Counted from the stretch's first letter, positions 17,607 to 26,057 are shown. The stretch: DNA of 32,000 bases from Geobacter sulfurreducens PCA (GCF_000007985.2 NC_002939.5:870001-902000); one strand, 5' to 3'. Notes: generated by a model not told the origin, from the sequence alone. Made by a program: numbers and translations.

Positions 17607-18914
17607 TTGGTACGAGCATCTCGTTTCGTGTCTGGAGCAGTCCATCTGTTCCTGACAGCTGTAATTCTCGCCCCACTGGGGGCTTCAGGCGAGGTTCGCA
17701 CACTGACCCTGCCGCAGGCGGTTGAGTATGCCCTGGCACACAACGGCGAGCTGAAGGCTCTGCGCAACGAAAAGGACGTGGCGCGGGCAGGGCTGGAGCG
17801 CGCCGTGCTTCTGCCCAATCCTACCCTGGAGTTGTCGGCCGACTCCGGCGTCATGACCGGCAGTCCCGACGAAACCGCCCTTTCCATCGGCATTTCTCAG
17901 GAGTTCCTGACCGGCGGCAAGCGGGCCAAGCGCCGGGCCGTTGCCGAACGCGAGGCGGAGGCGGTTCATTTCCAGATCGCCGACCGTGAGCGGCAGCTCT
18001 CCCTGGATGTAAAGAGTTCTTTCTCCGAACTGATTCTGGCTCAGAAACGGCGGGAACTCGCCGGGCGTGCAGTGGAGCTGAACGGAAAGCTGCTGGAGAT
18101 AACACGGGAGCGTCTGGCAGCGGGCGATATTCCGGAACTGGAGGTTAACCTTGCCCGGGTGGAGGTGGCCCGGAGCGAAGGACGCAAAATCGAGGCGGAA
18201 CGGGAGTTCGCTCCGCTGCTGGCCAGGCTGAGGACTCTGCTGGGGGTTCCGGCGGGGGAGGAGATCGGTTTCGACGGCATTCCCGAGCAGTCGCCCCTGT
18301 CGATTTCCCTTGACGATCTCATTCGTCTGGCCCTGGAGAACCGGCCCGATCTGAAGGCATTCCAGGCCACCAGCGCAAAGGGTGAGGCCGCCGTTGAGCT
18401 GGCCGAGGCGGAGCGCATCCCGAACGTGACGCTCGGCCTCGGCTTCACCCACGAGCGGAGCACGGACGCCACCGGCTCCGGCGATGAAAAGACCCGCGAT
18501 AACCTGCTGGGGGTGACCCTGTCTATTCCGCTCCCCCTTTTCGACCGCAATCAGGCCGGCATCCGCGAGGCCCGGGCCGTCAGGCAGGGGGCCGACAACC
18601 GGCTGGAGTTCGCCCGTTCGAGCGTGCCCCGGGAGATCGAGGGCGATTACGCGCGGCTTGCAGCGGCCGAGAAGACCCTCAGGCTCTACGCCGACGGCAT
18701 TCTTCCCCAGCTTGAGGACAACCTGAAGCTCGTCCAGGAGGCGTACCGGCTGGGCGAGGTCGGAATCCTCGCAGTCATTGAAGAGCAGAAAAAGTATATC
18801 GAAGTCAACGACGGTTACCTTGTCGCCCTCGCCGAGCGGCAGGCGGCCCTGGCCCGGCTCGAAGCCTCTGTCGGGACCGATTTCCAGAACAGAACCAACG
18901 GAGGTGCGCAGTGA
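17607..18914 (+). CDS. TolC/CzcC-family outer membrane factor of the RND system
   Basis: 435-aa ORF with a TTG start 7 nt after AAGGAGG. It has a signal peptide and the TLTLPQAVEYALAHNGELKAL opening typical of OMF proteins, plus two repeated halves. Confidence 0.92.
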   Translation: MVRASRFVSGAVHLFLTAVILAPLGASGEVRTLTLPQAVEYALAHNGELKALRNEKDVARAGLERAVLLPNPTLELSADSGVMTGSPDETALSIGISQEFLTGGKRAKRRAVAEREAEAVHFQIADRERQLSLDVKSSFSELILAQKRRELAGRAVELNGKLLEITRERLAAGDIPELEVNLARVEVARSEGRKIEAEREFAPLLARLRTLLGVPAGEEIGFDGIPEQSPLSISLDDLIRLALENRPDLKAFQATSAKGEAAVELAEAERIPNVTLGLGFTHERSTDATGSGDEKTRDNLLGVTLSIPLPLFDRNQAGIREARAVRQGADNRLEFARSSVPREIEGDYARLAAAEKTLRLYADGILPQLEDNLKLVQEAYRLGEVGILAVIEEQKKYIEVNDGYLVALAERQAALARLEASVGTDFQNRTNGGAQ

Positions 18915-20182
18915 ACAGGAAACGTGGGATCATTATCGGCCTTGTCCTGGCCATGGCCCTGGGGGGTGGTTTCTTCGCCTATCGTTCCACCCAGGTGACG
19001 GACGGCGCCGGCGGGCACACCGGCTCGAAGGATGCCGGTCACAAGGAGGAAAAGGCCGGTCACGACGGGGAAAAGGGGCACGGCGAAGAGAACGGCGGCC
19101 ATGACGGACATGGGGAGGAAGGCCGGATTTCAATGGCAGTCGAGGCACAGAAGCAGAACGGCGTGGTCGTGGCCGCCGCCGCAGCACAGCGGCTTGCCGG
19201 CGTGATCAGCGCCACCGGCAAAGTGGAGGCCAATGCCGACCGGACCGCCCATGTTTCGCCGCGCATTTCCGGCAAGATCGTCAGTGTCCGGGCCTCCCTC
19301 GGCGACAGCGTCGCCGCCGGCCAGCCCCTTGTGACCCTGGACAGCGTCGAGCTGGGCGAAGCCCTGAACCGCTACCACCAGTCGAAGACGCGGCTGGCCC
19401 TGGCCCAGTCCAACATGGACCGGATCAAGGCACTGGTGGAGAAGAAGATCGCGGCCCGCAAGGACATCCTCCAGGCGGAGACCGACTACACAATGGCCCA
19501 GACCGAACTGCATACCGACGAGGAGCGCCTCGCCCTGTACGGCGTTTCGGCGTCGGACCTCACAAACGCACGCCACAGGAAGCCGCTGCTGCCGGTCCGC
19601 TCTCCCATCGGCGGCGTCATCACTGAAAAACACGCCATCGTCGGCGAATTGGCCGATCCTTCAAAGAGCCTCTTTACCGTGGCCGACCTCTCGTCGGTCT
19701 GGGTGATGGTGGACATCAACGAAAAGGACCTGGCTAAGGTCCACCGCGGGCAATCCGCCACCGTCACCCTTGGTGCGTTTCCCGACGTGAAGCTGAAAGG
19801 GCGCATCACCTACATTGCCGATCTCGTCGACGTCAGCACCCGTACCGTCAAGGCCCGGGTCGAGGTACCCAACCCGGCGCGGAAGCTGAAGCCGGAGATG
19901 TTCGCCACGGTGGAACTGACGCTGGCGGCCGACGCGCCGCCGGTCCTGGCGGTCCCCGAGGATGCCCTGCAGGATCTGGACGGGAAAAAGGTCGTTTTCG
20001 TAGTGGAGAAGGATTCGGTATTCGCGGCCCGTCCGGTACAGATCGGCCGGGCGGCCGGCGGCCTGGTGGAAATCGTTTCAGGGCTGAACGAGGGGGAACG
20101 CTATGCCGTCAAGGGCTCGTTCATTCTGAAGTCGGAGCTGAAAAAGGGCGAGATGACGGACGAGCACGGCCACGGCGAATGA
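18911..20182 (+). CDS. RND efflux periplasmic adaptor (CzcB/CusB-type MFP) with His-rich N-terminus
   Basis: 423-aa ORF. Its GTG start overlaps the OMF stop (GTGA, 4-nt overlap). It has a TM anchor, a GH-repeat region and the adaptor core: VSPRISGKIVSV.., GQPLVTLDS, LPVRSPIGGVITEKH, VWVMVDINEKDL. It ends in DEHGHGE. Confidence 0.92.
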   Translation: MNRKRGIIIGLVLAMALGGGFFAYRSTQVTDGAGGHTGSKDAGHKEEKAGHDGEKGHGEENGGHDGHGEEGRISMAVEAQKQNGVVVAAAAAQRLAGVISATGKVEANADRTAHVSPRISGKIVSVRASLGDSVAAGQPLVTLDSVELGEALNRYHQSKTRLALAQSNMDRIKALVEKKIAARKDILQAETDYTMAQTELHTDEERLALYGVSASDLTNARHRKPLLPVRSPIGGVITEKHAIVGELADPSKSLFTVADLSSVWVMVDINEKDLAKVHRGQSATVTLGAFPDVKLKGRITYIADLVDVSTRTVKARVEVPNPARKLKPEMFATVELTLAADAPPVLAVPEDALQDLDGKKVVFVVEKDSVFAARPVQIGRAAGGLVEIVSGLNEGERYAVKGSFILKSELKKGEMTDEHGHGE

Positions 20183-20215
20183 CCACCACCGACCATTACG
20201 TAAAGCGAGGTTCCG

Positions 20216-23200
20216 ATGCTGGAGAAACTGATTGCCTATACGCTGCGCCAGAAGGGGATGGTCATCTTCCTGGCGTTGCTGATTATCGTCATTGGAGTGT
20301 ATTCCTACGCGAAACTGCCCATCGACGCCTTCCCGGACGTGACCAACATCCAGGTTGAGGTCGTCAGCCATGCCGACGGCCTGTCGGCGATCGAGATCGA
20401 GCGGAACGTCACCTACCCGATCGAGATGGCCATGCGCGGCCTGCCCGACATCGAGCAGATGCGCTCGGTCACCAAGTTCGGCCTGTCGATTGTTACCATT
20501 GTCTTCAAGGACAACGTGGACATCTACTTTGCCCGGCAACTGGTGTTCGAGCGTCTGGCCGAGGCCCGGGAGAAGGTGCCGAAGGGGGTCGAAGTCGCCA
20601 TGGGGCCCATCGGCACGGCCATGGGAGAGATCTATCAGTACACCCTGGAAGGGGAGATGCCCCGAGACCCCCGGCAGAAGATCGAGTACCTGACCAACCT
20701 GCGGACCATCCAGGAGTGGATCGTCACCCCGCAGCTCAAAAGTGTTGCCGGCGTCAACGAGATCAACTCTTTCGGGGGCTACTTCAAGCAGTACCAAGTG
20801 CTCGTATCGCCTGAAAAACTCCTGAAGTACGGCGTTACCGTGGATGACGTCTATACCGCCATCGGCAGCAACAACGAAAACGTCGGCGGCAACCTGCTGG
20901 AGCGGGGGACGGACCAGTACATCGTCCGCGGTGTCGGCCTGATCACGGATACGAACGATATTGGAACTATCGTCCTGAAGTCCTCCGGCGGCACTCCCAC
21001 CTATATCCGCGACGTGGCCGAAGTCAAGGTGGGCGAGGCGGTCCGCATGGGCGCGGCCATGAAGGACGGCAAGGACGAGTGCGTCGGCGGCATCGTCATG
21101 ATGCTGCGGGGGGAAAACAGCCGCGACGTGGTGCGCCGGGTCGCGGATAAAGTGAAGGAGATCAACGAAAACAACGTGCTGCCGGAAGGGATCAAAATCG
21201 TCCCCTTCTACGACCGCAGCGACATCGTCAAGGCAAGCGTGGGGACGGTCAACAGGGCGCTCATCGAGGGATCGATCCTCGTCCTGATTATCCTGTACCT
21301 GCTGCTGAACAGCGTCCGGGGGAGCATCGTGGTCCTGATCGCGCTGCCGCTCTCCCTGCTGGCCACCTTCATCGTGATGAGGCTCACGGGGATCAGCGCC
21401 AACCTCATGTCGCTGGGCGGCCTGGCCATCTCCATCGGGATGATCATCGACACCACGATCATTCAGGTGGAGAACGTCCAGCGCCACCTGAGCGAGGGAG
21501 GGGAGCACCATCCCAAGCTGCTAACGGTGCTGAAGGCCGTCATGGAGGTCCGCAAGCCGAGCATCTTCGGCGAACTGATCATCGCGCTCACCTTTATCCC
21601 GATCCTGTCCCTGGAGGGAATCGAAGGTAAGATGTTCGGGCCCCTGGCCATCACCGTGGCCATTGCGCTGCTGTCCTCCCTGTTTCTCTCCATTTTCATC
21701 ATTCCGGTGCTCTGCAGCCTGTTCCTGAAACCGCAGCCGGAGCAGGAGAGCTTCATCATGCGGCACGCCCACCGGCTCTATCTGCCGCTGCTCGACTACG
21801 CCATGGCCAAAAAGCGCGTGGTGCTGGGCGTTGCCGGCGTGCTCCTGGTGGCGTCGGTGCTTCTGGTCTCCCGGCTGGGCACCGAGTTCATTCCGACCAT
21901 GGACGAAGGCGCATTCGACATGGACGTTTCCATGCTCCCCGGCGTTTCCCTGGACAAGGCCATGGAGGTCAACCAGCGCGTCGCAGAGAAGCTGAAGCAG
22001 TTCCCCGAGCTGGGCACGGTGGTGTCGCGGACCGGCCAGACCGGGGTGGCCCTGGACACCAGGGGCTCGGACAAGACCGGCTACGTGGGGATCTTCAAGC
22101 CGAAGGACGAATGGCCGCGGGACATCTCGAAGGAGGAGCTGACCAACGAGATGCGCGAGTCCCTGGAATCGGTAGCCGGCATCACCTTCGGCTTCAGCCA
22201 GCCGATCCAGTGCCGCATCGACGAACTGGTGGCCGGCACCCGGGCCCAGTTGATCCTGAAGCTCTTCGGCGACGATATCGACGTGCTCAGCGCTAAATCC
22301 CAGGAAATCGCCAAGGTGCTCTCCACCATCAGGGGAGGGACCGACCTGAACGCGGAGAAGATCTCGGGCCAGCCGTATCTCACCGTCGACATCGACCGGT
22401 CCAGGATCGCCCGGTACGGCCTGAACATCAGCGACGTGCAGAAGGTGATCGAGATCGCGGTTGCCGGCAAGGCAGCCTCGCAGCTCTACGAAGAGAACCG
22501 CAGCTTCGACATAACCGTGCGCCTGCCGGAAGAAAAGCGGAACTCTCTGGACGCGATCAAGAACCTGATCATCACTACGAAAACCGGCATCAACGTGCCC
22601 CTCGAACAGTTGGCCGAGGTGAAGATGATCGAGGGCCCGGTGCAGATCAGCCGCCAGGACGGGGTGCGCCGCATCGGCATTGAAATGAACATCACCGGCC
22701 GGGATATCGGCGGTTTCGTGGCCGAGGCGAAACAGAAGATCAAAGAGCAGGTCAAGCTCCCCCCCGGTTACTACCTTACCTGGGGCGGACAGTTCGAGAA
22801 CCAGCAGCGGGCCATGAAAAAGCTGATGATCATCGGGCCGGTGGCCATCGGCCTGATTCTGCTGTTGCTCTACGTGACCTTCCGGTCCATCCGCCTGGCG
22901 CTCCTAGTCATCTCCAACCTCCCGTTCGCCCTGATCGGCGGCGTCTTCTCCCTGTTCATCTCGGGCCAGTACCTGTCAGTGCCGGCATCCGTCGGCTTCG
23001 TGGTCCTCTTCGGCGTGGCCGTGCTGAACGGCCTGGTGCTGGTGTCGCGGATATCCCAATTGCGGGATGAAGGCTTCGAGCTGCAGGAGGCCATCCGGCG
23101 GGGGACCGTCGACCGCCTGCGGCCGGTGCTGATGACCGCATCCATCGCCATATTCAGCCTGATTCCCATGCTTCTGGCCAGCGGCACCGGGTCCGAAATC

Positions 23201-23320
23201 CAGAAGCCGCTGGCAACGGTTGTGGTCGGTGGCCTGGTAACGTCCACCCTGCTGACGCTGCTGGTCATCCCGTCGGTGTACAGCTGGTTTGAGAAGAGAA
23301 GCGTGGAAGAGGAGATGTAG
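20216..23320 (+). CDS. CusA/CzcA-family heavy-metal efflux RND transporter
   Basis: 1034-aa ORF. The N-terminus MLEKLIAYTLRQKGMVIFLALLIIVIGVYSYAKLPIDAFPDVTNIQVEV is typical of HME-RND pumps. The TM4 motif is SIGMIIDTTIIQVEN. The topology is 12 TM helices with two large loops. Confidence 0.95.
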   Translation: MLEKLIAYTLRQKGMVIFLALLIIVIGVYSYAKLPIDAFPDVTNIQVEVVSHADGLSAIEIERNVTYPIEMAMRGLPDIEQMRSVTKFGLSIVTIVFKDNVDIYFARQLVFERLAEAREKVPKGVEVAMGPIGTAMGEIYQYTLEGEMPRDPRQKIEYLTNLRTIQEWIVTPQLKSVAGVNEINSFGGYFKQYQVLVSPEKLLKYGVTVDDVYTAIGSNNENVGGNLLERGTDQYIVRGVGLITDTNDIGTIVLKSSGGTPTYIRDVAEVKVGEAVRMGAAMKDGKDECVGGIVMMLRGENSRDVVRRVADKVKEINENNVLPEGIKIVPFYDRSDIVKASVGTVNRALIEGSILVLIILYLLLNSVRGSIVVLIALPLSLLATFIVMRLTGISANLMSLGGLAISIGMIIDTTIIQVENVQRHLSEGGEHHPKLLTVLKAVMEVRKPSIFGELIIALTFIPILSLEGIEGKMFGPLAITVAIALLSSLFLSIFIIPVLCSLFLKPQPEQESFIMRHAHRLYLPLLDYAMAKKRVVLGVAGVLLVASVLLVSRLGTEFIPTMDEGAFDMDVSMLPGVSLDKAMEVNQRVAEKLKQFPELGTVVSRTGQTGVALDTRGSDKTGYVGIFKPKDEWPRDISKEELTNEMRESLESVAGITFGFSQPIQCRIDELVAGTRAQLILKLFGDDIDVLSAKSQEIAKVLSTIRGGTDLNAEKISGQPYLTVDIDRSRIARYGLNISDVQKVIEIAVAGKAASQLYEENRSFDITVRLPEEKRNSLDAIKNLIITTKTGINVPLEQLAEVKMIEGPVQISRQDGVRRIGIEMNITGRDIGGFVAEAKQKIKEQVKLPPGYYLTWGGQFENQQRAMKKLMIIGPVAIGLILLLLYVTFRSIRLALLVISNLPFALIGGVFSLFISGQYLSVPASVGFVVLFGVAVLNGLVLVSRISQLRDEGFELQEAIRRGTVDRLRPVLMTASIAIFSLIPMLLASGTGSEIQKPLATVVVGGLVTSTLLTLLVIPSVYSWFEKRSVEEEM

Positions 23321-23371
23321 CGCCAGCTGCAGCACAAACATCCCGCAACACATGTTGCCGAGGAGCATGCC

Positions 23372-23713
23372 ATGAAAGAGATAAAAGCGATTATCCGGCC
23401 GGCCAAATTGCTGGAGGTAACCGAGGAGCTTCACGCCATTGACGGGCTACCGGGAGTGACCGTATCGGAAATCAAAGGCTTCGGCAAAAGCAGGGCCAAA
23501 AACGCACAAGACAAGATTGTGTATGAAATGGTTGAGCTCGTTCCCCGCATTCAGCTGGAGGTCGTCGTTGATGACGGGATGGTCGAGGAAGTCGTCGCCG
23601 TGATCCGGAAACATGCTCATACCGGCACTGCCGGAGACGGCAAGATCTTCGTTTCCACGGTCGACGACATCATCAAGATCAGAACCAACGAACGGGGCAG
23701 AGATGCCATCTGA
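23372..23713 (+). CDS. P-II (GlnB-like) family signal protein linked to the RND pump
   Basis: 113-aa ORF with GAGGAG upstream. PII pattern: MKEIKAIIRP, a T-loop region GFGKSRAKNAQDKIVYEMVELVP, a B-loop TGTAGDGKIFV and a C-terminal IRTNERGRDAI. Confidence 0.9.
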   Translation: MKEIKAIIRPAKLLEVTEELHAIDGLPGVTVSEIKGFGKSRAKNAQDKIVYEMVELVPRIQLEVVVDDGMVEEVVAVIRKHAHTGTAGDGKIFVSTVDDIIKIRTNERGRDAI

Positions 23714-23766
23714 CCGCCCCGACGGGGCAATGGATTACAACGACGCGAACAATGAAAGGAGAAACC

Positions 23767-24360
23767 ATGAACAGGATCACCAGGATAGTGCTGACCGTTT
23801 TTACTATTGCCCTGCTCAGCGGCTGCGCGAGGTCCGCGGAGCTTATCCGGACCGCTGGCATAGCCGAGCGTCAGGACGTATTCGTCACGCAGGCAGAGGG
23901 GCAGCCCCTGCCGCCGGGCTATGCTGAGCTCCGGATCGTCTCGCTCCTGAAGACACATAAGCCGGGCCTGTATTCCTCCGCCGACGTCCACGGCACCCCG
24001 GGCTACAAGCTGCTGCTGAATATCGGCGGCCAGGCCCTGGAACTGTCGGGTGATCCCCGTCCCGAACGCAAGGAGCCGGTCGGGCCGCGCGACCCGGAAG
24101 CCGGAGACGGAATGAGGTATCAGTTCAGCCGGACCCTGCACGTCAAGGCCGGCACCCACCGCACCGTGATGGCCATCCCTGACGACACCATCGCCGTTGA
24201 AAAGGAGATCACCCTTGCCGACGGGAGCCGCAACACCCTGGTGCTGGAGCCGGTGTACGGGAAAATGCCCGTGCGGAGCCGGCCCTGGAATTACAATGTG
24301 ACCGATTTCAACGAAGGAATCCGGTCGCTGAGGGTTGTGTTCAACGGCAAGGAGAAGTAA
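23767..24360 (+). CDS. lipoprotein of unknown function (last gene of the efflux operon)
   Basis: In ORF 23752..24360 the ATG at 23767 follows AAAGGAG. Lipobox IALLSGC. I recognise no domain. Confidence 0.8.
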   Translation: MNRITRIVLTVFTIALLSGCARSAELIRTAGIAERQDVFVTQAEGQPLPPGYAELRIVSLLKTHKPGLYSSADVHGTPGYKLLLNIGGQALELSGDPRPERKEPVGPRDPEAGDGMRYQFSRTLHVKAGTHRTVMAIPDDTIAVEKEITLADGSRNTLVLEPVYGKMPVRSRPWNYNVTDFNEGIRSLRVVFNGKEK

Positions 24361-24397
24361 GGGCGCCAGGGCCCGACAGATACATCAGTATGCAATG

Positions 24398-24441
24398 GGC
24401 GCACTCCTTTGCACTCTTCCTTCGGGAGTGCGCCGCTTTTT
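24398..24441 (+). terminator. rho-independent terminator of the efflux operon
   Basis: GGCGCACTCC (24398-24407) pairs perfectly with GGAGTGCGCC (24425-24434) and is followed by GCTTTTT. Confidence 0.75.
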
Positions 24442-24493
24442 AACTTCTCCCGCCCGATTGTCGCGGCGGCGGAAATAACCGGAGAACACCACG

Positions 24494-24937
24494 TTGAGAG
24501 GTCGGGTGCAGGCAATGACGCCACCGTTCCCATCCAGACAAGCCATGCTGGTGCGGGTTGTCGCAATGATAGCGTTGATCGTCCTCGCCGTAGCAACGGT
24601 CACTGCCGCAGGAGCCGGCGTCATCCCGCACCCTGCGGGCGGAGCCGTGGCTCATGCGGACGGGCACGCTCGGGGTGAGCATAGCCCCTGTCCCACTCCA
24701 TGCCACAACCCCGATTGCCACCGCTGCCACTGCACGACCACCATCCTCCCCGGCTCAGCGCTGGCCATGAGCCCTCCGGCCGTCCACTCGGTCGATTGGG
24801 GGGATGGTGACGGGTATCCGCCCGATCCGCCCCCCAGGTCGATATTTCACCCTCCACGTCCGGCATTGGCTACCCAGCACGGAGAATGTGAACCAGTCAA
24901 TGCTGCGGCCGGGTTTCCCCGGGAATGCCGGCCGTAA
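24494..24937 (+). CDS. second CzcI-like membrane-anchored His/Cys-rich protein
   Basis: 147-aa ORF with a TTG start (GGAG 9 nt upstream); alternative ATGs are at 24515 and 24545. TM/signal anchor VVAMIALIVLAVATVTAAGAG. His stretch HPAGGAVAHADGHARGEH. Cys cluster CPTPCHNPDCHRCHC. Later motif YPPDPPPRSIFHPPRP. Confidence 0.6.
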   Translation: MRGRVQAMTPPFPSRQAMLVRVVAMIALIVLAVATVTAAGAGVIPHPAGGAVAHADGHARGEHSPCPTPCHNPDCHRCHCTTTILPGSALAMSPPAVHSVDWGDGDGYPPDPPPRSIFHPPRPALATQHGECEPVNAAAGFPRECRP

Positions 24938-24964
24938 ATTACACAAATACGGAGAGTGAATACC

Positions 24965-25231
24965 ATGAAAAAGCTACTTGTTCTTGCGGCAATCGTATCC
25001 TTTGGCCTCAACGCCCTGCCTGTCTTCGCCCAACCCGAACCGACGGGCAAGGACGACCGCCTTGTGAACTGTACCTCCCGGGACAGCCTGCCCGAACGTA
25101 TCACCAGGCTGGAAAAAGAGATCGCCAAGGGGGAGCGCGTCTACACCGCGGCGGAACTGGACCGGCTCGAACGGAAGCGTGACGAGGCAAAGGACATGCT
25201 GCGCGTCCTGATGCTGGGGGGTAAGCGTTAG
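24965..25231 (+). CDS. small secreted coiled-coil protein
   Basis: ATG 24965 lies 8 nt after GGAGAG. Signal peptide MKKLLVLAAIVSFGLNALPVFA, then a charged helical region ERITRLEKEIAKGERVYTAAELDRLERKRDEAKDML. Confidence 0.7.
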   Translation: MKKLLVLAAIVSFGLNALPVFAQPEPTGKDDRLVNCTSRDSLPERITRLEKEIAKGERVYTAAELDRLERKRDEAKDMLRVLMLGGKR

Positions 25232-25302
25232 CCATCCGGGACGCAACCGCCTCCTGCCGGTATCTTCCACCTCCCGCCGGACTGCGGCGGGAGCGGCAGT
25301 AC

Positions 25303-25337
25303 AAAAGCCCATGGACGATGAGTCCATGGGCTTTATT
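25303..25337. terminator. bidirectional rho-independent terminator between convergent units
   Basis: AAAGCCCATGGAC-gatga-GTCCATGGGCTTT forms a 13-bp perfect stem flanked by A-run/T-run sequence on both sides. A second GC hairpin, CTCCCGCCG-gactg-CGGCGGGAG, lies at 25271-25293. Confidence 0.75.
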
Positions 25338-25433
25338 GTCAGCGGGTCACAGGTGGCTGCGTGGGCGTATGCCTCGTCAATCAGGCTCTCCTTCTGCGGC
25401 GGGCACGGCAGACCTGGCTGCGGAGAATCCTTG

Positions 25434-25592
25434 TCAGCCGGAAACAACGTTGTTGTTAAGCAGAATAATCCCATCCACGTTAGCAATCCAGATGGTCCCG
25501 CAGCGGGTGCATTCAAGCAGGTTATCGGCATATCCGTCGGAGTGCATGACGATTTCGATTGTCGTGCGATCGTTACAGATGGGGCATTTCAT
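25434..25592 (-). CDS. 52-aa zinc-ribbon protein (not in ORF track)
   Basis: My translation gives MKCPICNDRTTIEIVMHSDGYADNLLECTRCGTIWIANVDGIILLNNNVVSG, ending at TGA 25436-25434. A GGAAGGAGATGAAGG RBS region lies upstream. The pattern is CxxC-X21-CxxC. The gene lies 57 nt downstream of rnk on the same strand. Confidence 0.65.
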   Translation of the reverse strand: MKCPICNDRTTIEIVMHSDGYADNLLECTRCGTIWIANVDGIILLNNNVVSG

Positions 25593-25649
25593 GGTCCTTC
25601 ATCTCCTTCCCGTTGTGTGTCCGATGAGTCCTGATCTCCCGGCGATGCC

Positions 25650-26057
25650 TTACCGGGCGTGACTCCCCGCCGCCCCGGGCTGATAGAGAACCTCCTCGAT
25701 TCTGATTTTTTTGGCAAACGAACGGACTGCCAGGTCCAGGGTGTCGCCGGCGCCAAAGCCGAGAATCGCGGTCCCGATGGGTGACAGGATGGAGATTTTT
25801 CCTTCCGCAATGTTTGCGTCGTTGGGAAAGACCAACGATATGGTCATTTCCTTGTCGGCACGGAGATCGCGCAGCTTAACCCGCGAGTTCATGGTTACGA
25901 CATTCGGCGGAACATCCTTGGGATCGACGATCATGGCCGATGCCAGTTCGTCTTCCAGTTTCTGGAGATCCTTACGGTCGCGAAACGGTATCGTATCGAG
26001 AATCTCTTCAAGTCTTGAGAGATCGTCTTCTGTTACGTAGATAGCTCGTGTGTCCAT
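25650..26057 (-). CDS. rnk: Rnk (regulator of nucleoside diphosphate kinase; GreA/GreB-fold RNA polymerase secondary-channel factor)
   Basis: In ORF 25650..26072 the ATG at 26057 follows GAGGAGGAAAC. Close motif matches to E. coli Rnk as I recall it: PPNVVTMNSRVKLRDL, ISILSPIGTAILGFGAGD and a C-terminal YQPGAAG. Confidence 0.9.
   Translation of the reverse strand: MDTRAIYVTEDDLSRLEEILDTIPFRDRKDLQKLEDELASAMIVDPKDVPPNVVTMNSRVKLRDLRADKEMTISLVFPNDANIAEGKISILSPIGTAILGFGAGDTLDLAVRSFAKKIRIEEVLYQPGAAGSHAR

Noticed and set aside
20078-21511. 477-aa minus-strand ORF inside the RND pump gene (also 29472..30662+, 15510..16418-, 1891..3366+, 222..893+)
   Set aside because: All are shadow ORFs opposite strongly supported genes. 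Their composition is Asp/His/Gly/Arg/Val-rich, and none has an RBS.
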